From Verrucomicrobiia bacterium Tous-C4TDCM (GTDB lineage Bacteria; Verrucomicrobiota; Verrucomicrobiia; Verrucomicrobiales; Akkermansiaceae): DNA of 61,308 nt. A program made the translations under genes and the position numbers. The stretch is from the NCBI GenBank assembly GCA_002304315.1, contig NEUO01000001.1, forward strand, positions 1-61,308, given 5' to 3'. Positions 9,122-18,601 of this stretch are shown here, in pieces; within the stretch, counting starts at the first letter, position 1, and the number at the start of each line of letters is the position of its first letter. The notes below the pieces were generated by a model that saw only the letters and a program-made list of their open reading frames with translations, was not told the DNA's origin and made no database searches.

Positions 9122-10255
9122 ATGCCCGACCTGCCGCCGCTGTCCGCCGAAGAACGCCTGCGCTACGCCCGCCACCTGTCGGTCCCGGGCATCGGCGAGG
9201 ATGGCCAGCGTCGCTTGAAAGGATCGTCCGTCCTGATGATCGGCACCGGCGGCCTCGGCTCGCCCGCCGCGCTCTACCTCGCCGCCGCGGGCGTCGGACG
9301 GATCGGCCTGATCGATCCCGACACGGTCGACCGCTCGAATCTCCAGCGCCAGATCCTCCACGGCGAATCGTGGGTCGGTAAGCCGAAGCTCGAAAGCGCG
9401 GCCGCCCGGCTCAAGGAGATCAATCCCCACGTCGAACTCGAACTCCACCCGGTCCGCTTCGCGCCCGACAACGCCCTCGACCTCGTCGCCCGCTACGATG
9501 TGGTGCTCGACGGCTGCGACAACTTCCCCACCCGCTTCCTTTCGAACGACGCCTGCTTCCTCCTGAAAAAGCCCTGCGTTTACGGTTCGATCTTCCGCTT
9601 CGAAGGCCAGCTCAGCGTCTTCGCCCCCCATCTCGGCGGCCCTTGCTACCGCTGCATGCTGCCCACCCTGCCCCCGCCCGGCGCGGCCCCGTCCTGCGAG
9701 GAAGCCGGGGTGCTCGGCGTGCTGCCCGGCGTCATCGGCTCGCTGCAGGCGATGGAGGCGATCAAGCTGCTGCTCGGTATCGGCGAGCCACCGCTCGGCA
9801 AGCTCACCTGCTACGACGCACTGAGCACCAGCTTCCGCGCCCTCCGCCTGCGCCGCGATCCGGCCTGCCGCCTGTGCGGCGATGCCCCCTCGATCCACTC
9901 CGTCCATAATCCCGAAACCATGGCCTCCTCTTCCTGCTCCCTGCCCGATCCCGGCATGCCGTCCATCACCGTCCAGCAGCTCGCCGCCCGCCTTGAAGCC
10001 GGTGAAACGCCCTTCATCATCGACGTCCGCCAACCGGAAGAAGAAGCGGAAGGAACGATCCCCGGTGCCCTCTTGATTCCCCTGGCAGCCCTGCCGGATC
10101 GACTCGCCGAGCTACCTGCCGACCGCGAGATCCTCGTCCATTGCAAGGCCGGCGGCCGCTCATCTCGCGCCGTGAAACTCCTCCACGAAGCCGGCTTCCC
10201 GCAGGCGGTGAACATCGAAGGCGGGATCAACGCCTGGAACACGGCCAAACGCTGA
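9122..10255 (+). CDS. moeB: ThiF/MoeB adenylyltransferase fused to rhodanese (MoeZ-type)
   Basis: RYARH, GTGGLGSP, SNLQRQ, PCYRC and CRLC Zn motifs; rhodanese loop HCKAGGRS. Confidence 0.92.
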   Translation: MPDLPPLSAEERLRYARHLSVPGIGEDGQRRLKGSSVLMIGTGGLGSPAALYLAAAGVGRIGLIDPDTVDRSNLQRQILHGESWVGKPKLESAAARLKEINPHVELELHPVRFAPDNALDLVARYDVVLDGCDNFPTRFLSNDACFLLKKPCVYGSIFRFEGQLSVFAPHLGGPCYRCMLPTLPPPGAAPSCEEAGVLGVLPGVIGSLQAMEAIKLLLGIGEPPLGKLTCYDALSTSFRALRLRRDPACRLCGDAPSIHSVHNPETMASSSCSLPDPGMPSITVQQLAARLEAGETPFIIDVRQPEEEAEGTIPGALLIPLAALPDRLAELPADREILVHCKAGGRSSRAVKLLHEAGFPQAVNIEGGINAWNTAKR

Positions 10256-10265
10256 ACAGCCGTCT

Positions 10266-10434
10266 TAAAGTCGAAGGTCTAAACGTCTCAATGTCGCCAA
10301 GACCCACAGACCTTCAGACCCACAGACCTTCAGACCTTCAGACCTTCAGACCTTCAGACCTTCAGACCTTCAGACCTTCAGACCTTCAGACCTTCAGACC
10401 TTCAGACCTTCGACCTTCAGACCTTCAGACCTTC
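10266..10434. repeat. 8-mer tandem array (GACCTTCA)n, about 17 units, with upstream degenerate inverted arm
   Basis: Array 10301-10434; arm TAAAGTC-GAAGGTCT-AAACGTCT-CAATGTCG at 10266-10296. Confidence 0.95.
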
Positions 10435-11606
10435 GACTTTTCCTCGACCATCGGCCGCTCGACCGAGCGATGCACCCACACGCTCTGCACCAGGCCGAGC
10501 AGGAACATGCAGATCAGCACGAAGGTTCCGGAATAGCTGATCAAGGGCAGCGGAATCCCGGTGATCGGCGTGATCAAGACGCACATCCCGATATTCTCAA
10601 AAATGTGCGCGAAAAGGATCGCCACCGTGCCGGCGACAATGAGCCGCCCCATCGGATCACGGGCATAGGTGCCGATGAACATGCACAGCACGAGCAGCAG
10701 CGCGAAGGAGGTCACCAGCAGAAGACTGCCTCTGAAACCGTGTTCTTCGCCAATGACCGCGAAGATGTAGTCGTTGTGCGCCGTGTCCTTGGGAATGAAT
10801 CCCGCGGCATGAAGGGAATTCCCCCGGGAGTTATCCGCCATCCAGCCCGTTCCCGACCATCCGGCCTTGCCGACAGCCACCGAAATCCGGTGAGCAGCAT
10901 ACCCCTCGTCCTGGATATCCACCTCCTCGCCGTGGAGCATTCTCCAGTAAGTGTCCAGTCGGCCGGGACCTCGCTCGGACACCTCGGGCAAGATGATGTA
11001 GAACGCGATGGGCAGGATGGCGATCCCGACCAAGGCCAGCGAGGAAAGATAACGGAAGGGAATGCCGGCCACGAGCAGCAACACCCCGGCCAAAGGCAAC
11101 CATACGATGGCCGAGCCCATGTCACCCTTGCCCATGACGACGAGGAAAGAACCGCCGGAGATCACCCCTACGATCAGGATCTTGAGGAAGGGTTCATCCA
11201 GCAGCCACCCGACCTTGGGAATCCTGCGCCCCAGCCGCGGCAGATCCTGCAGCAGGCTGCCAATCAGCATCAGGCCACCGGCGAGAATGAGCTGGGCGGG
11301 CTGGAAGGAAATGGAGCCAAGCGTCACCTGACCCACTCCCGACGAGATGGCCATCAGCCCGAGGCCCGCCAGCCACAAGGGAAGACCGAGCCACCGCAGC
11401 CACCGGTAGTCGATCAATGCCGTCGCGAAATACACCGCCGAGCCGATCAGGATCCACGTCTTCTGCCGCTCCGCGAACCACGCACCGCCGTTGTCCAGAT
11501 GCCGCGCCGCGCTCTCGATCGAGAACACGCCGAACACCAGCAGCCCGTACATCGTCAGCACGAGCGGCCAGTTCAACCCGAGAAGTTTCCGGAACAGCGG
11601 CGTCAT
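10425..11606 (-). CDS. rodA: SEDS family peptidoglycan glycosyltransferase (RodA/FtsW)
   Basis: Multi-TM protein; FQPAQL, GDMGSA, AHNDYIFAVIGEEHGF, ITGIPLPLISYSGT; start placed at ATG 11606. Confidence 0.9.
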   Translation of the reverse strand: MTPLFRKLLGLNWPLVLTMYGLLVFGVFSIESAARHLDNGGAWFAERQKTWILIGSAVYFATALIDYRWLRWLGLPLWLAGLGLMAISSGVGQVTLGSISFQPAQLILAGGLMLIGSLLQDLPRLGRRIPKVGWLLDEPFLKILIVGVISGGSFLVVMGKGDMGSAIVWLPLAGVLLLVAGIPFRYLSSLALVGIAILPIAFYIILPEVSERGPGRLDTYWRMLHGEEVDIQDEGYAAHRISVAVGKAGWSGTGWMADNSRGNSLHAAGFIPKDTAHNDYIFAVIGEEHGFRGSLLLVTSFALLLVLCMFIGTYARDPMGRLIVAGTVAILFAHIFENIGMCVLITPITGIPLPLISYSGTFVLICMFLLGLVQSVWVHRSVERPMVEEKSKV

Positions 11607-11643
11607 TCGGCGGGCAGACCATCCCGGCCGCCGTGCCGCATTG

Positions 11644-11720
11644 CAAGCGCCATGGCAGCGAAGTGTCGCTTCCCAGGCGACATGGCAGCGGAGTGTCGAC
11701 TTCAAGGCGACATGGCGACG
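11644..11720. repeat. About 2.5 degenerate direct repeats with 30-bp period in a divergent intergenic region
   Basis: CATGGC at 11651, 11681 and 11711; GCGACATGGCAGCG.AGTGTCG core. Confidence 0.7.
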
Positions 11721-11796
11721 GTCGGGCGGCATCCTGCCGGCCGACGCCGCCCCTCCAAACCCTTGCGGCCCCGCTCTTCCCCTGCCAGCGTTCCGC

Positions 11797-12300
11797 ATGA
11801 CCCGCCGCCTCCTGATCCCCCTCGCCCTCCTGCTCCTGCTCGGCGGCGGCTTCGGCTGGTGGTGGTATCAGCCGGAAAAAGTCCTCGCCCGCCGCGTCGC
11901 CGGCCTCTTTTCCGCCGCCAACATATCCACCGGCGATGGCAATCTGACCCGCAGCACCCGCGGCAATGCGATCGAGCCCTTCCTCGCCCCCAACATCACC
12001 TTCGACGGCCCCGACGGCCCCACCGACGAGATCGACGGACCCCAATCCCGCGGCTCCATCGTCTCGCTCTTCTCCTCCCTCGCCCGCTACTGCCGCCGGA
12101 TCGAAATCGAGGCCCCCGAGATCGACCTCATCGCCATCACCGGCGACGAAGCCACCGTCAAGGCCCGGGCCAAAGCAGTGATCGACCTGCCGAACAACCA
12201 GCGACCGGTCGATGGAATCCAGCATCTCGAAATGACCTGGCGGAAGATCGACGGCAAATGGCGGATTGCCGACGTCCGCTGGCACGAAACGGCGAGGTAG
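11797..12300 (+). CDS. Membrane-anchored NTF2/SnoaL-like hypothetical protein
   Basis: N-terminal TM; C-terminal MTWRKIDGKWRI pattern typical of NTF2-like folds. Confidence 0.65.
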   Translation: MTRRLLIPLALLLLLGGGFGWWWYQPEKVLARRVAGLFSAANISTGDGNLTRSTRGNAIEPFLAPNITFDGPDGPTDEIDGPQSRGSIVSLFSSLARYCRRIEIEAPEIDLIAITGDEATVKARAKAVIDLPNNQRPVDGIQHLEMTWRKIDGKWRIADVRWHETAR

Positions 12301-12302
12301 GC

Positions 12303-12631
12303 CGGTGAGACGGTGGTTCGGTGAGTCGGTGCGCCGCAGAAGAATCGCGCCGCCCCTCCGAGGGAGCGCCGATCTTTAGTCGGCTTGGACGGTAGGCAGG
12401 CCAAATAAACGTCAAAGCGCCGTCCAAAAGTCCGAATGTCGAAAGTCTAAATGTCGGATGGCATCCCGACCTTCAGACCTTCAGACCTTCAGACCTTCAG
12501 ACCTTCAGCTCCACCGAATCACCGAATCACCGAATCACCGAATCACCGAATCACCGAATCACCGAATCACCGAATCACCGAATCACCGAATCACCGAATC
12601 ACCGTCCCACCGTCCCACCGTCCCACCGAAT
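12303..12631. repeat. Compound 8-mer arrays (GACCTTCA)5, (CACCGAAT)11, (CACCGTCC)3 with nested inverted arms
   Basis: Arrays at 12468-12507 and 12512-12631; inverted degenerate arms at 12303-12331 and 12427-12460. Confidence 0.95.
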
Positions 12632-12723
12632 TTCCCCGAGATTCTACTTGGCAAGCCCCGGAGCCTCATTCAGTTTCCCCGCCCTCCCGTCACCCGGCGG
12701 GCACTCTCAACGAATTCACGCAC

Positions 12724-12981
12724 ATGGCCGTCGCACTCCGCCTCAACCGTCAGGGAACCAAAGATCGTCCCTACTACAAGATCGTCGCTGTCGACAGCCG
12801 CAAGCGCCGCGATGGTCGTTACATCGAGCAAGTCGGCACCTACGATCCACTCAAGGAAGGTGTCAACTACACCATCGACCTCGAGAAGGCTGAGAAATGG
12901 GTCGGAGTTGGCGCCAAGGTCTCCGAGACCGTCAACAGCTTCATCCGCAAGGCCCGCACCGCGGCCAAGGCTCAAGCCTAG
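12724..12981 (+). CDS. rpsP: 30S ribosomal protein S16
   Basis: [38 protein letters not shown]; start at ATG 12724. Confidence 0.97.
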   Translation: MAVALRLNRQGTKDRPYYKIVAVDSRKRRDGRYIEQVGTYDPLKEGVNYTIDLEKAEKWVGVGAKVSETVNSFIRKARTAAKAQA

Positions 12982-13003
12982 CCCGCTCCGGCACTGATTT
13001 CCC

Positions 13004-13035
13004 AAGCCGCGCCTCCCTCCGAGGCGCGGCTTTTT
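13004..13035 (+). terminator. Rho-independent terminator after rpsP
   Basis: AAGCCGCGCCTC-CCTCC-GAGGCGCGGC-TTTTT. Confidence 0.8.
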
Positions 13036-13063
13036 CGTACCTTCGTCCCGCCCTCCTCCTGCC

Positions 13064-14140
13064 ATGGACTACTCCGCCCTCATCGCCCAGCGCCGCCGGC
13101 GGCTCGGGGAGATCGACGACATGATCTCCGACCCGGGTTTCTACGACGACCCGAAGCGGGCCTCCGAGATCATGCGCGAACACCGGCGGATCCAGCAGAC
13201 CCTCGCCTTCTCCGACCGGCTCGAGACCGCCCGCCGGCAGCTCGGGGAAAATGAGGACTTGGCCAAAGGCGACGACCCCGAGCTGGCCGAGATCGCCCGC
13301 GAGGAAATCGCCGCGCTCCAGGCGGAGATCCCCCAGCTCGCCGAGGACCTCCAGTACGCCTTGCTCCCCGCGGACCCCAACGAGGCACGCGATGCGATCG
13401 TCGAGATCCGCGCCGGGGCCGGTGGCGACGAAGCCTCGCTGTTCGCCGGCGAGCTGCTGCGCCTTTACCAACGCTACGCCGACAGCCGCGGCTGGAAAAC
13501 CGAGCACCTCTCCAGCAGCCCGTCGGAAGTCGGCGGCTTCAAAGAAGTCTTCCTCCGCGTCACCGGCGACGAGGTCTTCCGCACCTTGAAATACGAGTCC
13601 GGCGTCCACCGCGTCCAACGCGTCCCCGCCACCGAAACCCAGGGCCGCGTCCACACCTCCACCGTGACCGTCGCGGTCATGCCGGAAGCCGAGGAAGTCG
13701 ACGTCGAACTGAAGGCCGACGACCTCCGGATCGAAGTCTGCCGCGCCGGCGGCGCGGGTGGCCAGCACGTCAACCGCACCGAGTCCGCCGTCCAGGTCTT
13801 CCACCTTCCCACCGGCCTCTATGTCCGCTGCGAGGACGGCCGCTCGCAGGGCCAGAACAAGGAGCGCGCCCTCCAGATCCTGCGCACCCGCCTTTACGAA
13901 ATGAAGGTCCGCGAGGAGCAAGAAAAGCACAGCGCCCACCGCCGCGCCCAGATCGGCTCCGGCGATCGCTCGGAGAAGATCCGCACCTACAATTTTCCGC
14001 AGAGCCGCATCACCGACCACCGCATCGGCCACACCTCGCACAATCTCGCCGGCGTCATGGCCGGCGATCTCAGCGAGTTCACCGCCGAACTCCAAAAAGC
14101 CGAAATGGCCGAACGCCTCAGCGAAGCCGGCATCCGGTGA
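13064..14140 (+). CDS. prfA: Peptide chain release factor 1
   Basis: GVHRVQRVPAT (PxT), GGQHVN, DRSEKIRTYNFPQ. Confidence 0.96.
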   Translation: MDYSALIAQRRRRLGEIDDMISDPGFYDDPKRASEIMREHRRIQQTLAFSDRLETARRQLGENEDLAKGDDPELAEIAREEIAALQAEIPQLAEDLQYALLPADPNEARDAIVEIRAGAGGDEASLFAGELLRLYQRYADSRGWKTEHLSSSPSEVGGFKEVFLRVTGDEVFRTLKYESGVHRVQRVPATETQGRVHTSTVTVAVMPEAEEVDVELKADDLRIEVCRAGGAGGQHVNRTESAVQVFHLPTGLYVRCEDGRSQGQNKERALQILRTRLYEMKVREEQEKHSAHRRAQIGSGDRSEKIRTYNFPQSRITDHRIGHTSHNLAGVMAGDLSEFTAELQKAEMAERLSEAGIR

Positions 14141-14212
14141 CAAGCAAGTGGCTCCCCCCCGGGTGATGGACCCGGACTTGCCGCCATCGTGCCTGCGATC
14201 TAGAACCTCCCC

Positions 14213-14989
14213 GTGCCCGCCATCCACCCGACCGCCCACATTTCGCCCGACGCCGAGATCGCCGACGACGTGAGCATCGGCTCGTTCACCGTGATCGAGG
14301 GCCCGGTGAAACTCGCGGCCGGCGTGAAGATCGGCGGACATGCCTGGATTTCCGGCCGCACCGTGATCGGCGAGGGCTGCGAAGTCGGCTGGGGTTCCAT
14401 TCTCGGTGCCCATCCGCAAGACCTTTCGTTCGACCCCTCCGTCGACTCCGGCGTGATCCTCGGCCCGCGCAATACCCTGCGCGAATATGTGACGATCCAC
14501 CGCGGCTCCAGGGCCGGTGGCCAGACCGTCCTCGGCGAAGGAAACTACCTCATGACCGGCGTCCACCTCGCCCACGACGTCCGCCTTGGCGACGGCAATA
14601 TCCTCGCGAACAACGTCCTCCTCGCCGGCCATGTCACCGTCGGCAACAAGGCCTTCCTCGGTGGCGCGGCGGGCTTCCACCAGTTCATCAAGGTCGGCGA
14701 CCTCGCGATGGTCCAAGGCCTCACCGCGGTCAGCCAGGACGTCCCGCCCTTCTGCACCGCCTACGGCATCAATCAAATCGCCGGGCTCAACACCGTGGGT
14801 CTCCGCCGCGCCGGCTTCAGCGCCGACGACCGCGCTGCGGTCAAACGCGCTTTCAAGCTGGTTTATCAATCCGCTAAAACCCGCGAAGAAGCCCTCGCCG
14901 CCGCCGCCAGCCAGGACTGGCCGGAGCCGGCCCGCCGCTTCCTCGATGCGATCATGTCGCCTTCGCGAAAAGGCGTCATGAGCCCGTGA
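14213..14989 (+). CDS. lpxA: UDP-N-acetylglucosamine O-acyltransferase
   Basis: Hexapeptide repeats, PQDL, TIHRG, HLAHD, HQF, GLNTVGLRR. Confidence 0.93.
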   Translation: MPAIHPTAHISPDAEIADDVSIGSFTVIEGPVKLAAGVKIGGHAWISGRTVIGEGCEVGWGSILGAHPQDLSFDPSVDSGVILGPRNTLREYVTIHRGSRAGGQTVLGEGNYLMTGVHLAHDVRLGDGNILANNVLLAGHVTVGNKAFLGGAAGFHQFIKVGDLAMVQGLTAVSQDVPPFCTAYGINQIAGLNTVGLRRAGFSADDRAAVKRAFKLVYQSAKTREEALAAAASQDWPEPARRFLDAIMSPSRKGVMSP

Positions 14990-15845
14990 CTCCGCCGGGC
15001 TCGTCGTCCCCGTCGTCTTCCGCCTCGATCTCCCGCTGGATTTGGGGCGGGAGGAAAGGCCGGATCACCAGGCCATACAGCAGGTAGGCGGTGAAAAGCA
15101 CCGCGGGCATGATGTAGTGAAAGCGCACGGTGATGATCACCACCACCGCCGCCACCACGATGACCAGCGGCGTGGCACGGGTACGCCAGCCCACCTTCTT
15201 GAAGCTGGGATAGCGGATGCTGCTGACCATCAGCCACGACAGCCCGAGCATCGCCCCCGCCAGCACGTATTTCCAAGCACCCAGGTTGCGGTCGGTATCG
15301 TTGAAATAGATGACGAGATAGGTAAGCGAGGAAATGAAGCCGGCCGCCATCGGGATCGGCAAGCCGCGGAAGTCGGTGCTCGCGTTCGGCCGCTTCGGCG
15401 CGGCGGCGAGGCAGTTGAATCGCGCGAGCCGCACCGCGCCGCAGAGGACGTAAATGCAGGCCAGCCCCCAGCCGAAGCCCTCGAACTTCAAGTCCTCGTC
15501 GAGCGGCAGCAGCACTGCCTTCGCCATCAGCATCGACGGCGCCATGCCAAAGGAAATGACGTCCGCCAGCGAATCGAACTCCCGGCCGAACGGCGACTCC
15601 TGGCCACCGAAACGCGCGAGTCGACCGTCGAGCAGGTCGAAGATGCACGACGCGAAGATCAGCAGGATCGCCTGCTTGTAATACGGCTGGGCCGATTCAA
15701 AGACATAGCCCTCGGGCGTCGTCGCGACCATGATGCCCTTGAAGATCGTCAGCACCGCGAAGAAGCCGCAGGCGAGATTGCCAGCGGTCATCAAATTGGG
15801 CAGCAGGTAAATCCGCGGCTCGTCGGGGTCGTTCAGGCGGGACAT
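14976..15845 (-). CDS. pssA: CDP-diacylglycerol--serine O-phosphatidyltransferase
   Basis: LLPNLMT, DLLDGRLAR..SPFGREFDSLADVISFG, RLARFN, FRGLPIP; start at ATG 15845. Confidence 0.92.
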   Translation of the reverse strand: MSRLNDPDEPRIYLLPNLMTAGNLACGFFAVLTIFKGIMVATTPEGYVFESAQPYYKQAILLIFASCIFDLLDGRLARFGGQESPFGREFDSLADVISFGMAPSMLMAKAVLLPLDEDLKFEGFGWGLACIYVLCGAVRLARFNCLAAAPKRPNASTDFRGLPIPMAAGFISSLTYLVIYFNDTDRNLGAWKYVLAGAMLGLSWLMVSSIRYPSFKKVGWRTRATPLVIVVAAVVVIITVRFHYIMPAVLFTAYLLYGLVIRPFLPPQIQREIEAEDDGDDEPGGVTGS

Positions 15846-16035
15846 GCGGCGGGACGATGGCCCATAAACCGCCGTGGAGACAGCGGAAAATCCCGCTACC
15901 GCCCGCACCGAAGCAAGGCTCGCGAAATGCCCGCACCGAACGAAATGGCGGGCGAAACAAGTTCTTCTTTCGTTCGTTTCGCCGGTTTCGTTGTTTATCC
16001 CGGCCTTCGTCAGGTAACGCGCCACCCTTTCCACC

Positions 16036-16584
16036 GTGAATCCCGAATCGATCACTCCCGACACCCCAATGGGGCAAATCATGCAGGCCCTGCCCGGTGC
16101 CCGGCGCGCGCTCTTCTCCGCCTACCACCTCGGCGGTTGCCAAAGCTGCGGCTTCACCGACAGCGAGACGCTCGCCCAGCTCTGCGCCCGCGCCGGGGAG
16201 CTCGATGTCGCCGAAGTGCTGGCCCATCTGCTGGCAAGCCACGCCCACGACGAGTCGATGATGCTCTCCCCCGCCAAGCTGAAGGCCGAGCTCGACGCCC
16301 CCGCCCCACCGCTCCTGTTAGACTGCCGCACCCGTGAGGAACACGACGCCGTGAGCATCCCCGGCGCCGTCTTCCTGGAGCAGGAACTCCAGCAGCAACT
16401 CTTCGCCGGCGATCCTCAGCGCCGCATCATCCTCCACGACCACTCCGGCAAACACGTCCTCGACACCTGTGCCTGGTTCCTCGGCCACGGCATGAAAAAC
16501 ACCCGCGCCCTCAAGGGCGGAATCGACGCCTGGAGTCAGGAAGTCGATCCGACACTGCCAAGGTATCGGATTGAGATCGACTGA
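16036..16584 (+). CDS. Rhodanese-like domain protein with N-terminal CxxC domain
   Basis: HLGGCQSC N-domain; LLDCRT..LKGGIDAWS rhodanese signature. Confidence 0.8.
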   Translation: MNPESITPDTPMGQIMQALPGARRALFSAYHLGGCQSCGFTDSETLAQLCARAGELDVAEVLAHLLASHAHDESMMLSPAKLKAELDAPAPPLLLDCRTREEHDAVSIPGAVFLEQELQQQLFAGDPQRRIILHDHSGKHVLDTCAWFLGHGMKNTRALKGGIDAWSQEVDPTLPRYRIEID

Positions 16585-16587
16585 GGT

Positions 16588-17064
16588 TCACTCCCCGATC
16601 AACCCCGGCGGTATATGGAACAGCAAGCGGGCGTGCCAGGCCGGCGGGTGAACCTGCAAGCCGGTGATGCTGGCTTTTTTCACCTCCACCGAGCTTCCTG
16701 TGCAGCCGAGCAGCCACTCGATCAGCGACGAAAGGTCCGGCTCATGACCGACGATCGCCACCCGTTCGAAATCACTGAACGCCACCAGTTCGCGGATCGC
16801 CGTTTCAGGGTCCATTCCGCACGCCAGCCAGCCCTGGACCACCGGCCCTGGCATCTCCGCCGCCTCGCACAATGCCTCCGCCGTCTGCCGCGCCCGGACC
16901 AGCGGACTGGTCAGCACGATGTCCGGTCGGCGATCGGTCTTCCTCAACAAGCGACCGATCCGCGCCGCTTGATCAAAGCCCTTCGGCACCAGCGCCCGTG
17001 CCGCATCGCCCTGGGGATGACCGTGGGCTTCAGCCTTCGCGTGACGGATGACTAGGAGTTCCAC
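16588..17064 (-). CDS. sixA: Phosphohistidine phosphatase SixA
   Basis: IRHAKA, SPLVRARQTA, VGHEP. Confidence 0.88.
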   Translation of the reverse strand: MELLVIRHAKAEAHGHPQGDAARALVPKGFDQAARIGRLLRKTDRRPDIVLTSPLVRARQTAEALCEAAEMPGPVVQGWLACGMDPETAIRELVAFSDFERVAIVGHEPDLSSLIEWLLGCTGSSVEVKKASITGLQVHPPAWHARLLFHIPPGLIGE

Positions 17065-17105
17065 TCGAATTGAAGATTAAAAATTTCAAATACCCAACCG
17101 GACTC

Positions 17106-17852
17106 TCACATCGTCATCCCGCCGTCCACCGCCAGCACCTGGCCGGTGATATAGCGCGCTTCCTTGCCGGCCAGGAAAAGCACCGCTGCGGCGATGTCTT
17201 CCACCGTGCCAAAGCTGCCGAGCGGGATGTTCTTGAGCACCTCCTCGCGGACCTTCTCCGGCAGATCGCCGGTCATGTCCGTGGTGATGAATCCGGGCGC
17301 CACCGCGTTGCAGGTCACATGACGGCCGGACAATTCGCGAGCGATCGACTTCGTGAAGCCGATCAGGCCCGCCTTGGACGCCGCGTAGTTCGCTTGGCCG
17401 GCATTGCCGATCAGACCGATGACCGACGCGATGTTGATGATTCGCGGGTCCTCCGCCTTCATCAGCACCCGCATGAAGGCCTTCACCGTGTTGAAAGCTC
17501 CCTTTAAATTGGTGTCGAGCACCGTCGTCCAGTCCTCCTCCTTCATCCGCATCAGCAGGCCGTCGCGGGTCACGCCGGCATTGTTGACGAGGATGTTGAT
17601 GGTGCCGAAGTCGGCAATGATCTGTTTGCCAAGTTCCTGCACCGCCTCGTGATCGGCCACGTCGACCGCATAGGCCCGGGCGCTGCCGGGAAAGGCCAGG
17701 TTGATCTCGCCCGCGGTCTTGCCGCAGCTCGATTCATTGCGGCTGACCACCGCGACCTTCGCCCCCTCGGCGGCAAATGCCATGGCGATCGATCCGCCGA
17801 TCCCGCGGCCACCCCCGGTGACCACGACTGTCTTTCCTGCAAAGCGCTGCAT
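17106..17852 (-). CDS. fabG: 3-oxoacyl-ACP reductase
   Basis: TGGGRGIG, NNAGVTRD, GNAGQANYAASK, PGFITTDMT; start at ATG 17852. Confidence 0.93.
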   Translation of the reverse strand: MQRFAGKTVVVTGGGRGIGGSIAMAFAAEGAKVAVVSRNESSCGKTAGEINLAFPGSARAYAVDVADHEAVQELGKQIIADFGTINILVNNAGVTRDGLLMRMKEEDWTTVLDTNLKGAFNTVKAFMRVLMKAEDPRIINIASVIGLIGNAGQANYAASKAGLIGFTKSIARELSGRHVTCNAVAPGFITTDMTGDLPEKVREEVLKNIPLGSFGTVEDIAAAVLFLAGKEARYITGQVLAVDGGMTM

Positions 17853-18004
17853 GGCGAGACCCTGCGACGCCGCGATGCCCTTTGCCAACTTGGAAAATCC
17901 GGGGAGATGCGTCCCATCGACTGCAGGCGGCCTGCGGCATCCAGCCCATGGGCCGCCGCGCTTTGCTCTTCCGCTGGCTGGACTTCTTCCGTTAGATGTC
18001 GGCC

Positions 18005-18595
18005 ATGCGCTGCCCGTATTGCCGGACGCGACTGACGGAACTCGCGGTGGAATGCCCCGCCTGCCGGCTGACGCTGGACCGTGCCACCGCCCTGCTGGGT
18101 CCGGTTCCGCGTCTTGGCCTAGGCGTCGCGGACCTCGCCGGAGTCCTGCCGAATGGCGACGCCGAAAAGATCGCCAAAGCGGTCAGCCGCCTGATGTGGA
18201 CCTTTCCCCAGATCAGCCTCCACGTGCTTCTCCATGTTTTTCCGGAGGATCACCCCTTCGACCTCCACGTCTTCTGGCTCTTCAACTGCGGCGGCTTTTC
18301 CAATGAGTCGCAAAAGGCCGGCGAGAACCGGACCATCCTCCTCGCCCTCGATCCCGCGAAAGGACGATCCGCCCTGACGGTCGGCTACGGGCTGGAGCCT
18401 TTCCTCGGAGACGAGGCGCTCGACCATTTGCTGGAACTCGCCGAACCCGCGTGGCTCGCCGGAGAATGGACGCGCGGCATCCTTGAAGTGATCGCCGGGC
18501 TCGACCGCCTGTTAGAAAGCGCAGCGCTCGAGGTGGCCACGGGCTTCGGCTTGTCCGCCCTCGCCACGGCCCCGAAACGCCGGGGCGAGTTCTAA
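18005..18595 (+). CDS. TPM-domain protein with N-terminal zinc ribbon
   Basis: MRCPYC..CPAC; DLAGVL and VGYGLEP TPM-like motifs. Confidence 0.75.
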   Translation: MRCPYCRTRLTELAVECPACRLTLDRATALLGPVPRLGLGVADLAGVLPNGDAEKIAKAVSRLMWTFPQISLHVLLHVFPEDHPFDLHVFWLFNCGGFSNESQKAGENRTILLALDPAKGRSALTVGYGLEPFLGDEALDHLLELAEPAWLAGEWTRGILEVIAGLDRLLESAALEVATGFGLSALATAPKRRGEF

Positions 18596-18601
18596 CAACG
18601 G

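Noticed and set aside
10301-12631. Repeat arrays as a CRISPR locus
   Set aside because: Contiguous 8-mers with no unique spacers, and no cas genes in the window
12451-12723. N-terminal repeat extension of S16 (and similar 5' extensions of dnaB, rodA, pssA and the 46906 ORF)
   Set aside because: Artefacts of longest-ORF calling; family homology starts at downstream start codons
10470-14869. Long antisense ORFs (612 aa and 642 aa, and similar ones at 39619-40530 and 44080-45903)
   Set aside because: Shadow frames of real high-GC genes on the opposite strand
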